Origin: an uncultured Candidatus Saccharibacteria bacterium
Lineage (GTDB): Bacteria > Patescibacteriota > Saccharimonadia > Saccharimonadales > EFPC-124
Assembly: GCA_964447105.1 (NCBI GenBank)
Contig: CAYURH010000004.1
Span: forward strand, 1 to 61,581
Reading direction: 5' to 3'
DNA length: 61,581 nt
The notes beneath the pieces were generated by a model. That model saw only the letters and a list, made by a program, of their open reading frames with translations, ran no database searches and had not been told where the DNA came from. This document shows positions 18,038 to 28,064 of the stretch, piece by piece. Position numbers and translations under genes: made by a program. How positions within the stretch are numbered: the first letter of the stretch is position 1; every line of letters begins with the position of its first letter.

Positions 18038-18838
18038 TTATACCCCACGTTGTCTGAGAGTTTCGTACATTACAATCGCTGCCGATATAGCCACATTGAG
18101 CGAATCAGCAATGCCAGCCATAGGTATACGAATCAGCGCGTCGCTTTTACTCATCCAGAAATCGCTCAGCCCGTATTGCTCACTCCCCATCACCAGAGCC
18201 AAGGGACCTTTGAGGTCGGCGGCGGAATACAGCACATCGGTGTGTGGTGTGGTGGAGACAATCTTCACTTTTTTGGCGTGCAGCCAATCATATACCGACT
18301 GCGAATCGCTCACTACCACCGGCACATTGAACAGTACGCCGGTTGAAGCACGCACCACGTTGGGGTTGAATATATCGGTCACTTGGTCGCAAACAATTAC
18401 CAAATCCACGCCAGCACCATCGGCGCATCGCAGCATAGTGCCCAGATTGCCCGGTTTTTCGATAGCTTCGAGCACCAACACAAACGGATCTTTGGGCAGC
18501 TTGATGTCGTCGAGCCCGCGCTTCCACTGCGGCGCCACAGCCAACAAACCGTCGGGCCGGTCACGATACGAACATCGCTCGAACACATCTTTGGTAAGTT
18601 CAAACAATTGCGCGCCCGCAGCTTCGGCCTGTTTGATCAGCGCTGGTTCGTTGCTGCCCAGAAACCAGTCGGGCGAATAGTAGAGTTCGCGAATAGCCAC
18701 GCCTTTTTGCAAAGCGCGCTGTACTTCGCGGTAGCCTTCTATCAAAAACAGCCCGGCGTCGTCGCGATCGCGGCGCTTGCGCAGGTTTACCAATTGCTTC
18801 ACGCGCGGGTTTTGGCGGCTGGTGATATGTTGGACCAT
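18038..18838 (-). CDS. TrmH/SpoU-family RNA methyltransferase
   Basis: EKPGNLGTMLR, GSEQYGL, IPMAGIADSLNVA. Confidence 0.93.
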   Translation of the reverse strand: MVQHITSRQNPRVKQLVNLRKRRDRDDAGLFLIEGYREVQRALQKGVAIRELYYSPDWFLGSNEPALIKQAEAAGAQLFELTKDVFERCSYRDRPDGLLAVAPQWKRGLDDIKLPKDPFVLVLEAIEKPGNLGTMLRCADGAGVDLVIVCDQVTDIFNPNVVRASTGVLFNVPVVVSDSQSVYDWLHAKKVKIVSTTPHTDVLYSAADLKGPLALVMGSEQYGLSDFWMSKSDALIRIPMAGIADSLNVAISAAIVMYETLRQRGV

Positions 18839-18841
18839 GAA

Positions 18842-19396
18842 CTACAGGGTCATTATTTCTTGTTCTTTGGCTTTGGCGGCAGCTTCAAGCTTGGCTTGCA
18901 TATCGCGCATGGCGTCGTCCATGAATTTTTCGGCGCGTTTTACGTCGTCTTCGCTTAATTCTTTGGCGTCTTTTTTGGTTTTGGCATCTTTCAGCGCGTC
19001 ATGGCGTACGTTGCGCATGGCGATGCGCGCTTCTTCTACTTTTTCGTTGAGTTGCTTCACGATCTGTTGACGGCGCTCGGTAGTGAGCGCTGGTACGGGT
19101 ACGCGCACCACTCGTCCGTCGTCGCTGGGATTAAAGCCGAGGCCCTGGTCGTCGCGTATGGCGCTGGCGATCGCTGCAACGTTGGTGGGGTCAAATGGAT
19201 TAATTTGCAGCAACTGCGGCTCCGGCACAGTGATCGTGGCCACCTGGATCAGCGGCATTTTCTGGCCATAAGCTTCGACCATTACGCCATCGAGCATGCC
19301 AGGATTGGCGCGCCCAGTACGCAGTTTTTTGACTTCGTCTTCAAAATGCAGCACAGCCAACTGCATACGTTCTTGGTAGGGTTTGGTATCAAACAT
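18842..19396 (-). CDS. frr: Ribosome recycling factor
   Basis: LRTGRANP, GFNPSDDG, LTTERR. Confidence 0.97.
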   Translation of the reverse strand: MFDTKPYQERMQLAVLHFEDEVKKLRTGRANPGMLDGVMVEAYGQKMPLIQVATITVPEPQLLQINPFDPTNVAAIASAIRDDQGLGFNPSDDGRVVRVPVPALTTERRQQIVKQLNEKVEEARIAMRNVRHDALKDAKTKKDAKELSEDDVKRAEKFMDDAMRDMQAKLEAAAKAKEQEIMTL

Positions 19397-19475
19397 ATCT
19401 TAAGTGTAACGCGTGTTATACAAATGAACAAAAAAATTATATAATTGCTGGCGTCCCCGATGAAAGAGGTTACTG

Positions 19476-19910
19476 ATGGCAACACCCAAACGTGCAGTGG
19501 TAGTAGTAACCACTGTCACGGGCGAGGTAGCCCTGGTACTCAATACCGAAGAAGGCCTGTACTACGAGCCCATCGTCTTCGACGACCTCCCCGATTACTC
19601 GGGTAATACTCATGACGAAGTGGCCGAAGCCATGCGCGTAGCGCTGGAAACGTTCCTTGCCGAAACCTTCGGCGAGAACTTGCGGTGGGAAACTGCCGTC
19701 ACCGTCGCGGCCAATCAGACACTGATGGTCGTCACAACCAATCTGCCGTACGAATTGGAGCAACGCGTTCGTCGACTTGCCCGGGAGGGCAAGCCTCCGG
19801 CGCTGGCCTTCGTGATGCGAGCACAGCTCACGCGTCGCGGCGCCAAGGTGAACGGCCTCGGCTTCGGCCCGCAGACCAACCTTCTCACCGCCAAGACCAA
19901 GGATCTCTAG
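19476..19910 (+). CDS. Orphan protein (possible degenerate Nudix fold), GC-rich cassette gene
   Basis: TATAAT and SD gaaagagg; TTC/AAG codons; hairpin 19919-19953 after the stop. Confidence 0.75.
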   Translation: MATPKRAVVVVTTVTGEVALVLNTEEGLYYEPIVFDDLPDYSGNTHDEVAEAMRVALETFLAETFGENLRWETAVTVAANQTLMVVTTNLPYELEQRVRRLAREGKPPALAFVMRAQLTRRGAKVNGLGFGPQTNLLTAKTKDL

Positions 19911-19918
19911 ACGGGTGC

Positions 19919-19953
19919 GTGTGGGCGGTTCGGTTCGCGCCGGACCGCCACAC
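19919..19953 (+). terminator. GC-rich hairpin followed by an A-tract (cassette 3' element)
   Basis: ggcggttcgg-ttcgcg-ccggaccgcc. Confidence 0.6.
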
Positions 19954-19973
19954 AAAAATAACTTATCTCATAC

Positions 19974-20003
19974 AAAAATCGCCCCGTGATTGAGGCGATT
20001 TTT
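19974..20003 (-). terminator. tsf intrinsic terminator (bidirectional shape)
   Basis: aaaaatcgcc...ggcgattttt. Confidence 0.75.
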
Positions 20004-20019
20004 GATTTCTGGCAAAAAT

Positions 20020-20616
20020 TTATTCGCTTACGCCCAGTTCAAACCGCGCCATACGGCGCACCACAATATTTTCGCCTAGTTTGGCGATGTGGGTTTTGAT
20101 GAGCTCACCCGCTGTCTGATTGGGGTCTTTGATGAACGGTTGGTCGTGCAGGCAGAGTTCGGCAAAATATTTTTTGAGCATGCCATCCACGATTTGCTGT
20201 ACCATGGCGTCGGGCTTGCCTTCGGCTTTGGCTTTTTCGGCAAATTCGGCTGCTTTGGCGTCGCGCACGTCGGCCGGGATGTCGTCCATGCTGACATACT
20301 GCGGGTTGGTGGCGGCAATATGCATAGCTAGGTCATGCACCAAGTTTTTAAAATCGTCGGTGCGCGCCACGAAGTCAGTTTCGCAGTTAACTTCCACTAG
20401 CACGCCAATGCGATTGCCATGCACGTAGCTGTCTACCAGGCCCTGGCTGGCTTCGCGTTCGCCGCGCTTTTCGGCTTTGGTCAAGCCTTTTTTGCGCATT
20501 TCAGCCAGCGCTTTGTCGAAATCGCCACTGGCAGCTTCGAGTGCTTGTTTGGCATCGGTCAGGCCTACGCCAGTGAGGTCTTTCAATTTTTTAACATCAT
20601 CGAGTGAAACGCCCAT
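20020..20616 (-). CDS. tsf: Elongation factor Ts (short form)
   Basis: VEVNCETDFVAR, LAMHIAA. Confidence 0.97.
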   Translation of the reverse strand: MGVSLDDVKKLKDLTGVGLTDAKQALEAASGDFDKALAEMRKKGLTKAEKRGEREASQGLVDSYVHGNRIGVLVEVNCETDFVARTDDFKNLVHDLAMHIAATNPQYVSMDDIPADVRDAKAAEFAEKAKAEGKPDAMVQQIVDGMLKKYFAELCLHDQPFIKDPNQTAGELIKTHIAKLGENIVVRRMARFELGVSE

Positions 20617-21333
20617 TTACTCCCCCTTTGCGTCGGCTGTTTTGCGGCTGCTCATGCCTTCGGCAACAGCTTGTTTGATGTAGTCTACAATGATTTGGAT
20701 ACTTTTGATTGCGTCGTCGTTGGCTGGAATGGCATAGTCGGCCAGAGTTGGGTCGGCGTTGGTGTCGGTAATAGCGACAACCGGGATGTTTAGGCGACGG
20801 GCTTCAGCTACAGCGTTTTTGTCGGCCAGCATGTCGACCACAAATACGATACCGGGTTGGCCGTTCATATCTTTGATACCGCTATATTTTAGGTTCAAAC
20901 TGTCAATTTCTTCTTGGAAACGTTGCACTTCCAGTTTGCTGTAGCGATTGGCCAATTCACCGCTCGCCATGCGGGTTTCGAGCATTTTCAGATGCTTGAT
21001 ACGAGTGCTCGTCGTCAGTACGTTGGTAAGCATGCCACCAAGCCAGCGTTCGGTAACGTATGGCATTTTTGCATCGATGGCAGCAGCACGCACAATGTCT
21101 TTGGCTTGGCGCTTGGTGCCCACAAGTAGTATTTGTTTGCCATCAGCAACAGATTTAGTAATAAATGGCAACGCTTTGTCGAGCGCTTCCACTGTTTTGG
21201 TAAGGTCAATTACATGGCTACCAGCCCGTTTACTATGAATGTAAGGGGCCATTTTGGGGTGCCAACGGCTTGTTTTGTGGCCAAAATGCGCGCCTGCGGC
21301 GAGCAAAGCCTTGATATCTACGGCAACTGCCAT
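20617..21333 (-). CDS. rpsB: 30S ribosomal protein S2
   Basis: AGAHFGHKTSRWHPKM, RWLGGMLTN, IPANDDAI. Confidence 0.98.
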   Translation of the reverse strand: MAVAVDIKALLAAGAHFGHKTSRWHPKMAPYIHSKRAGSHVIDLTKTVEALDKALPFITKSVADGKQILLVGTKRQAKDIVRAAAIDAKMPYVTERWLGGMLTNVLTTSTRIKHLKMLETRMASGELANRYSKLEVQRFQEEIDSLNLKYSGIKDMNGQPGIVFVVDMLADKNAVAEARRLNIPVVAITDTNADPTLADYAIPANDDAIKSIQIIVDYIKQAVAEGMSSRKTADAKGE

Positions 21334-21412
21334 AATCCTTCTTTCTTCCCCTGCGCATTTACCCGAGTGGGAGGATTGTACGCGCGTCAGGGTGTGTCGT
21401 TAAAAGTTATTG
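21334..21412 (-). promoter_or_regulatory. Probable rpsB (S2) autoregulatory leader
   Basis: TACAAT at 21424-21419, then acacac-cctg-acgcgcgt...atgcgc-agggg stem before rpsB; S2 leaders are widespread. Confidence 0.45.
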
Positions 21413-21523
21413 CTTGTTATTGTACCAGCCTTTCCAATATTTGTCGATAGTTGCACAGCCAATCAAACGGTTGTATAAATAAAAAGCCACAATTAGGCTA
21501 GTCGGATATGAAAGGCACCGTTC

Positions 21524-22114
21524 GTGTCTGGTACATCTCAGGAGGGCCCAGGCTCATTGAGCCTGACCCAGCAATTCGCACTGCAAAACCCCGGCGTAGC
21601 ACGAGAAGCCGATGAAGTCTGGCGAGCGCTCACGCGGGTGGCTGCGCAAGAACTGGCAAGAGAAGTAGAAGCTGCAGCACAGCAACTACGCGTGTGTGTG
21701 GTTGATACTGCTCTGTTGCTGCAGATTCAGGAAGCTCCCGACATGATGAGCCTGTTCGCGAGCATCGCCCGCAGACTGGAGGCAACACTGCGCGAGCTGT
21801 TCACCTTTACCCAAAGCGAACCTGGCAGCCACACCAAGCGTGCGCAAGCCCATGACGATCGCCAGCAATTCGAACAGCAATACAAGTGGCTGCTGATCCT
21901 GCTGGATCTGCGGCAGTTGTACGAGGAGATCTTCGACATCATCGCTGATCCTGCTGGCTTCAACGCTTCGGAGTTGTACGAGCGAATCATTGTACGCTTC
22001 GGTATAATGCTACACCAGCTCGGTGTGCACGCCCCGAGCGATGAAGCCTGCGCCGCCTTAAAGCAAGGAATCGCGACTGCAGTCGCTACCCAAGCTCACC
22101 CGCCCCAAGGCTGA
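21524..22114 (+). CDS. Orphan alpha-helical protein, cassette gene
   Basis: GTG with gaaagg SD; 196-aa ORF; hairpin 22135-22191 with U-tract after the stop. Confidence 0.75.
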   Translation: MSGTSQEGPGSLSLTQQFALQNPGVAREADEVWRALTRVAAQELAREVEAAAQQLRVCVVDTALLLQIQEAPDMMSLFASIARRLEATLRELFTFTQSEPGSHTKRAQAHDDRQQFEQQYKWLLILLDLRQLYEEIFDIIADPAGFNASELYERIIVRFGIMLHQLGVHAPSDEACAALKQGIATAVATQAHPPQG

Positions 22115-22251
22115 CACCCATACACCCGCTACAAGCAAGCCCGCCCGGAGCCACACCGCTCTGATGGCACCGCTGCTTCTGGCGGGCTTGTTCTTTTGAG
22201 CAGTTATTTTTATAGTGCAGACAGACGCCGTCAAATACTCAGGAGGTGAAG

Positions 22252-22521
22252 ATGGCGGGCAAGGTAGACATAGTGCAGATCGTACGCAACTACCTGCAAC
22301 GGCTCAGTGCCGACGGCCACACGTTGTCGAGTACCGACCACGATCTGCTCATCCGGCGCGTCGTCCAGTTGCTAGGAGATAGAGACGACATCGAGCCACG
22401 CATTTGTCGCGCCATCGCGAGGGCGCTCGGCCCCAACGACCCCGACGTATGGCTGCGCACGGTCGAGCGTGATCTGCTTGTCAGACTGCGCACCACACTT
22501 GCGCGTGCCACGGCGTCATAA
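22252..22521 (+). CDS. Orphan small protein, cassette gene
   Basis: TATAGT, SD aggaggtg, ATG 22252; hairpin gcccgcagaagtg/cacttctgcgggc at 22525-22561. Confidence 0.72.
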   Translation: MAGKVDIVQIVRNYLQRLSADGHTLSSTDHDLLIRRVVQLLGDRDDIEPRICRAIARALGPNDPDVWLRTVERDLLVRLRTTLARATAS

Positions 22522-22579
22522 GCCGCCCGCAGAAGTGAATTTCCTCCCCACTTCTGCGGGCCCAACCCTTCTAAACTGT

Positions 22580-22608
22580 TTGACATCTGTAAAAAAAACA
22601 GATACAAT
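22580..22608 (+). promoter_or_regulatory. Sigma70 promoter of rpmE-prfA-prmC
   Basis: TTGACA-17-TACAAT. Confidence 0.8.
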
Positions 22609-22619
22609 ACGCCCTAGTT

Positions 22620-22952
22620 ATGAAAAAAGAGCTTCATCCAAACGAATACCGCCCCATGGTCATTCAGGACCCCAGCGCTGGTTTTGCGTTTTTGACCAAA
22701 TCCACCGCCAAGACCGACAAAACCATCAAATGGGAAGATGGCCAAGAATATCCTCTGCTTGAGGTGTTTATTAGTAGCGCCTCTCACCCGTTCTACACCG
22801 GCAAAGAAACATTGGTAGACACCGAAGGTCGCGTGGACCGCTTCAAAGCGCGCGCCGAAGCTGCCAAAGCTCGCCAGGCTGCCCTCGCTAGCAAAGCCAA
22901 AAAAACTGTTGCTCGCGCCGCCAAAAAAACCGATAAAACAACCGATAAGTAA
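22620..22952 (+). CDS. rpmE: 50S ribosomal protein L31 type B with Lys/Ala-rich tail
   Basis: [31 protein letters not shown]; no Zn-binding cysteines. Confidence 0.95.
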   Translation: MKKELHPNEYRPMVIQDPSAGFAFLTKSTAKTDKTIKWEDGQEYPLLEVFISSASHPFYTGKETLVDTEGRVDRFKARAEAAKARQAALASKAKKTVARAAKKTDKTTDK

Positions 22953-22988
22953 CTACAGGCGGATACGCCTGCCGTGGGGGCCCAGTAA

Positions 22989-24061
<1,073 letters not shown>

Positions 24062-24065
<4 letters not shown>

Positions 24066-24868
24066 CTATCGACCAATATATAGCCGAGTCTACCAGGCAG
24101 CTTACTGCCGCCGGTATCGCATCGGCGCGGCTGGATGTGTTGGTGCTGCTAAGCGATGCGCTCCAACACGACAAATCATGGGTTTTGGCACATGGCGACG
24201 ACACCCTTGCGCCAGGGCCAATAGCTCAACTCCAGACGCAGATTCGTCAGCGCTGCAGGCGGGTGCCGCTGGCCTACATTCGTGGCCATCAAGAGTTTTA
24301 TGGTCGCGAATTCACCGTCAATCCAGATGTGTTAATCCCCAGGCCGGAAACCGAAACGCTCATTGATCTAGCCAAAAATTATATCCGCAGCGGCCACATA
24401 CTCGACGTAGGCACAGGCAGTGGCGCAATCGCCGTGACGCTGGCACTGGAACTTCCCAATGCAACAATCACTGCGTGCGATATTAGCCCGCTAGCACTCA
24501 AAGTTGCGCAACAAAACGCCCGTACACTACAAGCAAATGTGCGTTTTTTTGAATCCGACCTCTTGAGCAATGCTAGCGACAGGTACCATGCGATTATCGC
24601 CAATTTACCATATGTTAGTCGCGGCTGGGAGGTATCTCCAGAAACAGCCGCCGAACCAGCGATGGCACTATACGCCAATGATAACGGTCTAGAATTGATC
24701 AACAAACTGCTCGCCCAAGCGCCTCATCATTTACGTACAGGCGGTCATCTGTTGCTTGAAGCTGACCCGCGCCAACACGCGACTATCACACAATCCGCCC
24801 ACAGGTTTACCCGCGTCAGCACACACGGTTTCTGCATAGTCCTACGATTATCCGATGTTGACAAGTAG
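24062..24868 (+). CDS. prmC: Release factor glutamine methyltransferase
   Basis: [21 protein letters not shown]; follows prfA. Confidence 0.95.
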
Positions 24869-25016
24869 ATATATTTACAATACAATAGCTTTTATGCTTA
24901 ACTGGCTACCCCTACAAACTGCTTTGCATCATGCCCGCTTTCTACCTCGGTGAAAGTGGTTTGCTGTGATTATCTAACAACGACATCAATCCCCTCTCAA
25001 CCGAGAGGGGCTTTTT
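24858..25016 (+). promoter_or_regulatory. Promoter, leader peptide and intrinsic terminator (attenuator)
   Basis: TTGACA-17-TACAAT (24858-24886); uORF 24894-24953; cccctctc-aacc-gagagggg-ctttttt (24991-25017). Confidence 0.7.
24894..24953 (+). CDS. Putative leaderless leader peptide (19 aa)
   Basis: MLNWLPLQTALHHARFLPR*, ATG 7 nt after the -10 box. Confidence 0.6.
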   Translation: MLNWLPLQTALHHARFLPR

Positions 25017-25062
25017 TACTCAAAAAGTCACGCACATTCCCAAACCAAGGAGCAGCGGCCAC

Positions 25063-26019
25063 ATGACAGCGAGATTTAGAACATTCCCGCTCGACAGATC
25101 ACAAGTAGCGGCCTCAATCTGCAACGAATATGTACAAACCGGCGTCACAGGCTGGGAATATGTACCTCTTCGACACAGGTTTGCCGCCGACGGCATAAGC
25201 CTTGACGGGCCTACAGTACGGCAATTGCGCCAGTTTACGAACGCCTACGCCACATTTATGGGCGCGCCGGACGACTACTACCGATTGGATCTGTATATCA
25301 CGCCAGATTCCCTGGCAGTACTCGAAGTCAACGCCGATTTTGTAGATGGCTGGGGCACGGCGCTCAATATCGCTCGTGCCGCAGGCATTGAGACTACGGT
25401 TGCAAGCAGGCACTTCCCGAGCTGTTTTGTGCTTGCGAACTATGCTTACCGGCCCGAACTAGAACTGTTGCTTGCCGAACTGGGCGGCACTCGCCACCAC
25501 ATCTGCGCTCAGCCCAAACCAACCTGCAGCGATCCGCTGTACTTGTACGGCCGCGCACTGCCGCCCCAACACGCTCACCGAAGCCGCTACGGTAGCAGCG
25601 CGTACGACGACAAACACAGGCTGGCTGAGTTCGCCACCAGTTGGTCGGGTGATCTAGTACGCATACCCCAGATCTACACATCCGCAAGCACCGCTTGGGG
25701 CGACATCCCCAACGACGCATTCCTGAAATTCGCGCAAAAATCTGGCCCCCAAAGTGAAGCCGCAAGATTTAGCGTGCGATACGGCAAGCCCTTGGGCAAG
25801 GCCAAATTTCTGCAAGCGTGTTGGCGAGACGGTAGCCTGATCGCCCAAGCAAACGTGGATGGGCTCGGCAGATATGGCCAGCCGGCCGTGGGCGTGCTCA
25901 ACCCCTGCGCGCAGCTGGTAGTGCTTGCGCATCGTGGCCATCTGGCGGGCTACGTGCAGTACGATGTACGGCGCATTATTACCGACGATTCGGTACATGC
26001 CCCCCTGTATTTTGCGTAA
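25063..26019 (+). CDS. Glutathionylspermidine-synthase-like ATP-grasp protein
   Basis: RLD...LEVNAD motif, AFLK, LIAQ, C-terminal IITDDSVHAPLYF resembling GspS/YgiC; SD aaggag; hairpin 26028-26054 after the stop. Confidence 0.65.
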   Translation: MTARFRTFPLDRSQVAASICNEYVQTGVTGWEYVPLRHRFAADGISLDGPTVRQLRQFTNAYATFMGAPDDYYRLDLYITPDSLAVLEVNADFVDGWGTALNIARAAGIETTVASRHFPSCFVLANYAYRPELELLLAELGGTRHHICAQPKPTCSDPLYLYGRALPPQHAHRSRYGSSAYDDKHRLAEFATSWSGDLVRIPQIYTSASTAWGDIPNDAFLKFAQKSGPQSEAARFSVRYGKPLGKAKFLQACWRDGSLIAQANVDGLGRYGQPAVGVLNPCAQLVVLAHRGHLAGYVQYDVRRIITDDSVHAPLYFA

Positions 26020-26081
26020 TAGCGCACCGGCGGGGTGGTCCAACCACCCCGCCGACAAATAAACCAAACTATAGGATTTTT

Positions 26082-26597
26082 ATGAAGACACTCATTTTTG
26101 ACATTGACGGCACGCTCACCGACATGAGCTCAATTGAACGGGCGGTATATCAAACAATCAACAAGCGCTACGCGGGTGCCGGTAGGCGTCGTGCCGATTA
26201 CCGTGACGCTTTTGTCCGGCTAGCTAATGCCAATGCGCTACCTATACCCAATGCGTATAAAACTGTACAGTTTATACGACAATACGCCAGCAACTATATT
26301 TTTGTCTACGCTACGGGCGCGCAAGACGTCGAAGTGGCATACGTATTACAATCGTTGGGCATACGACAGTTTTTTGATGAGCAATACTCGACCACCATCA
26401 CTAACTGTCGCTTTAGCAAAAAGACCGGCATCCCGTTGCGACGAATCGCCAAGCGTTATCCAGACTGCCTGCTCATAACCGACAGTTCGTCAGATGTAGC
26501 CGGTGCCCAAAAGGCCCATGTGCCCGCCGTACTACTGCAACCCAACGCTAAGCTAACTACCCGGGGCATAGAAAAAGCGGCGCGTCTATACCGTTAG
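26082..26597 (+). CDS. HAD-family hydrolase
   Basis: IFDIDGTLTD motif I, YATG motif II, K, TDSSSDVAGA motif IV-like. Confidence 0.88.
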   Translation: MKTLIFDIDGTLTDMSSIERAVYQTINKRYAGAGRRRADYRDAFVRLANANALPIPNAYKTVQFIRQYASNYIFVYATGAQDVEVAYVLQSLGIRQFFDEQYSTTITNCRFSKKTGIPLRRIAKRYPDCLLITDSSSDVAGAQKAHVPAVLLQPNAKLTTRGIEKAARLYR

Positions 26598-26611
26598 GTA
26601 AGACGGCCGCG

Positions 26612-26824
26612 TATAGATGTGCTGCGCGTGCCTATGGGCAACACGGACACACCTGCGGTATGTGGGAGCTGGGGTGGCAGGCGGGTCTGTAGCCCGCCAC
26701 CCCAGCTCGGGCCAGCAGTGCAGTTCTGGGAGTGCCCGGTGGGTATTCCCTGCTCCCAGCGCGCGCCTCGGCCTCGCGGCCGGTGGAGCGCATTGCACGA
26801 TCCGGCCCCACAACAAGGTCTATA
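26612..26824 (-). ncRNA. Candidate multi-branched structured RNA of unknown class
   Basis: 5' and 3' ends pair; four inner arms; GCGA tetraloop; G-U pairs favour the minus strand; extended -10 TGcTATGCT just upstream. Confidence 0.6.
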
Positions 26825-26864
26825 TGTAGCATAGCAGATCCGCAGGCGGCCTTTCAAACGAACA

Positions 26865-28049
26865 CTAGTTGTTGTAGGTGTCGAGCATGACGTCGACTTT
26901 CATTTCTTTGTCGTCGCGAATAAATGTAATAGTGATTTTGTTGCCCGGATCAAACTGCGCCAAACGGCCGGCCAGTCCGTGGCCAATATCGACTGGTGCG
27001 TCATTTATTTTGGTAATCACATCACCTTCGCGAATACCCGCCTTGGCCGCCGGGCTACCCGGTTCGACGCTGGGCTCACCATTGCCGCCCAGTACAAGCG
27101 CGCCCGACGTTTCTTTAACATGCAGATCATATGACACATCTGGGTCCAGGCTGACATAGTGCACACCCAAATATGGTTTGACAATCTTGCCAGTCTTCAG
27201 CATAGAATCAATCACTTTTTTGATATTGCTAATAGGAATCGCAAAGCCGATGGCCTGGCCCTCTTCGGATACCGCCGTATTGATCCCAATCACTTGGCCG
27301 GCCAGATTTACCAATGGCCCACCGGAATTGCCTGGATTGATAGCCGCGTCTGTTTGCAGCAGATCTTCCAATTGTTCCGCGCTACTGCCACCTTCATCTT
27401 GCGCCTGAATCGGTCGGCCCAGGCCAGATATTATGCCGGCGCTCACACTGTTGCGGAATATGCCGAGCGCGTTGCCAATAGCTACCACCTGCTGGCCAGG
27501 TTGCACTTGCGTGGAATCACCGATTTGCGCTGGCGTAAGGTTGGTCACGCCATCGATCTTCAAAAAAGCAATATCGTTCATGGGGTCACGGCCCACGATA
27601 CGTACAGTGTCGTACTGCTTACCGTCAGCCATAACTACCGTTACACTTTTGGTCCCTTCCGGCACCACATGTTTGTTGGTCAATATATAACCATCTTTGG
27701 AAATCACGATACCACTGCCTGCCCCCTGGATTTGCTGTGTGCCCCTGAAACCGTAACTCACGGTACCGAGAGTGGTGATAGCCACCGTGCTGGGGTTCAC
27801 TTTTTTAAACACATCCGCCACTATTTCACCCTGTTGCAGCACGATCTTTTCGCGGTTCTGCGTAATGGTCTGGCCAACATCCAAATGCACTATGCCCGTG
27901 GCCAATAGCGCCCACACGCCACCCGCACTGGCAAATACACATATCACGGCCGTGACGATGGCAAATATAATTCTATTCGACGTATTGCTGGCTGGCCTTT
28001 TAACCACCGGACTGACTGGCGTTGGTTCAGTTCGTTCGTTCATACCCAC
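26865..28049 (-). CDS. htrA: HtrA/DegP-family serine protease with PDZ domain
   Basis: TM anchor, LTNKHVV, DIAFLK, TDAAINPGNSGGPL, PDZ. Confidence 0.93.
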   Translation of the reverse strand: MGMNERTEPTPVSPVVKRPASNTSNRIIFAIVTAVICVFASAGGVWALLATGIVHLDVGQTITQNREKIVLQQGEIVADVFKKVNPSTVAITTLGTVSYGFRGTQQIQGAGSGIVISKDGYILTNKHVVPEGTKSVTVVMADGKQYDTVRIVGRDPMNDIAFLKIDGVTNLTPAQIGDSTQVQPGQQVVAIGNALGIFRNSVSAGIISGLGRPIQAQDEGGSSAEQLEDLLQTDAAINPGNSGGPLVNLAGQVIGINTAVSEEGQAIGFAIPISNIKKVIDSMLKTGKIVKPYLGVHYVSLDPDVSYDLHVKETSGALVLGGNGEPSVEPGSPAAKAGIREGDVITKINDAPVDIGHGLAGRLAQFDPGNKITITFIRDDKEMKVDVMLDTYNN

Positions 28050-28064
28050 TCCTTGATCGCCAAT

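Noticed and set aside
25021-25047. Resemblance to the 5' end of a c-di-GMP-I riboswitch (aaaaagtcacgcac...caaacc)
   Set aside because: Lacks the GGCAAA core and the P2/P3 stems, and lies after the terminator
26612-26824. RNase P, SRP, tmRNA or 6S identity for the structured element
   Set aside because: No GAGGAAAGUC, no CAGG-N3-GNRA-N3-AGCAG, no T-arm/CCA end, and no rod with a central bubble
26586-26857. Five short overlapping ORFs in the GC-rich spacer
   Set aside because: No SD, low-complexity Arg/Pro/Gly translations; extensive nested pairing is better explained by RNA structure
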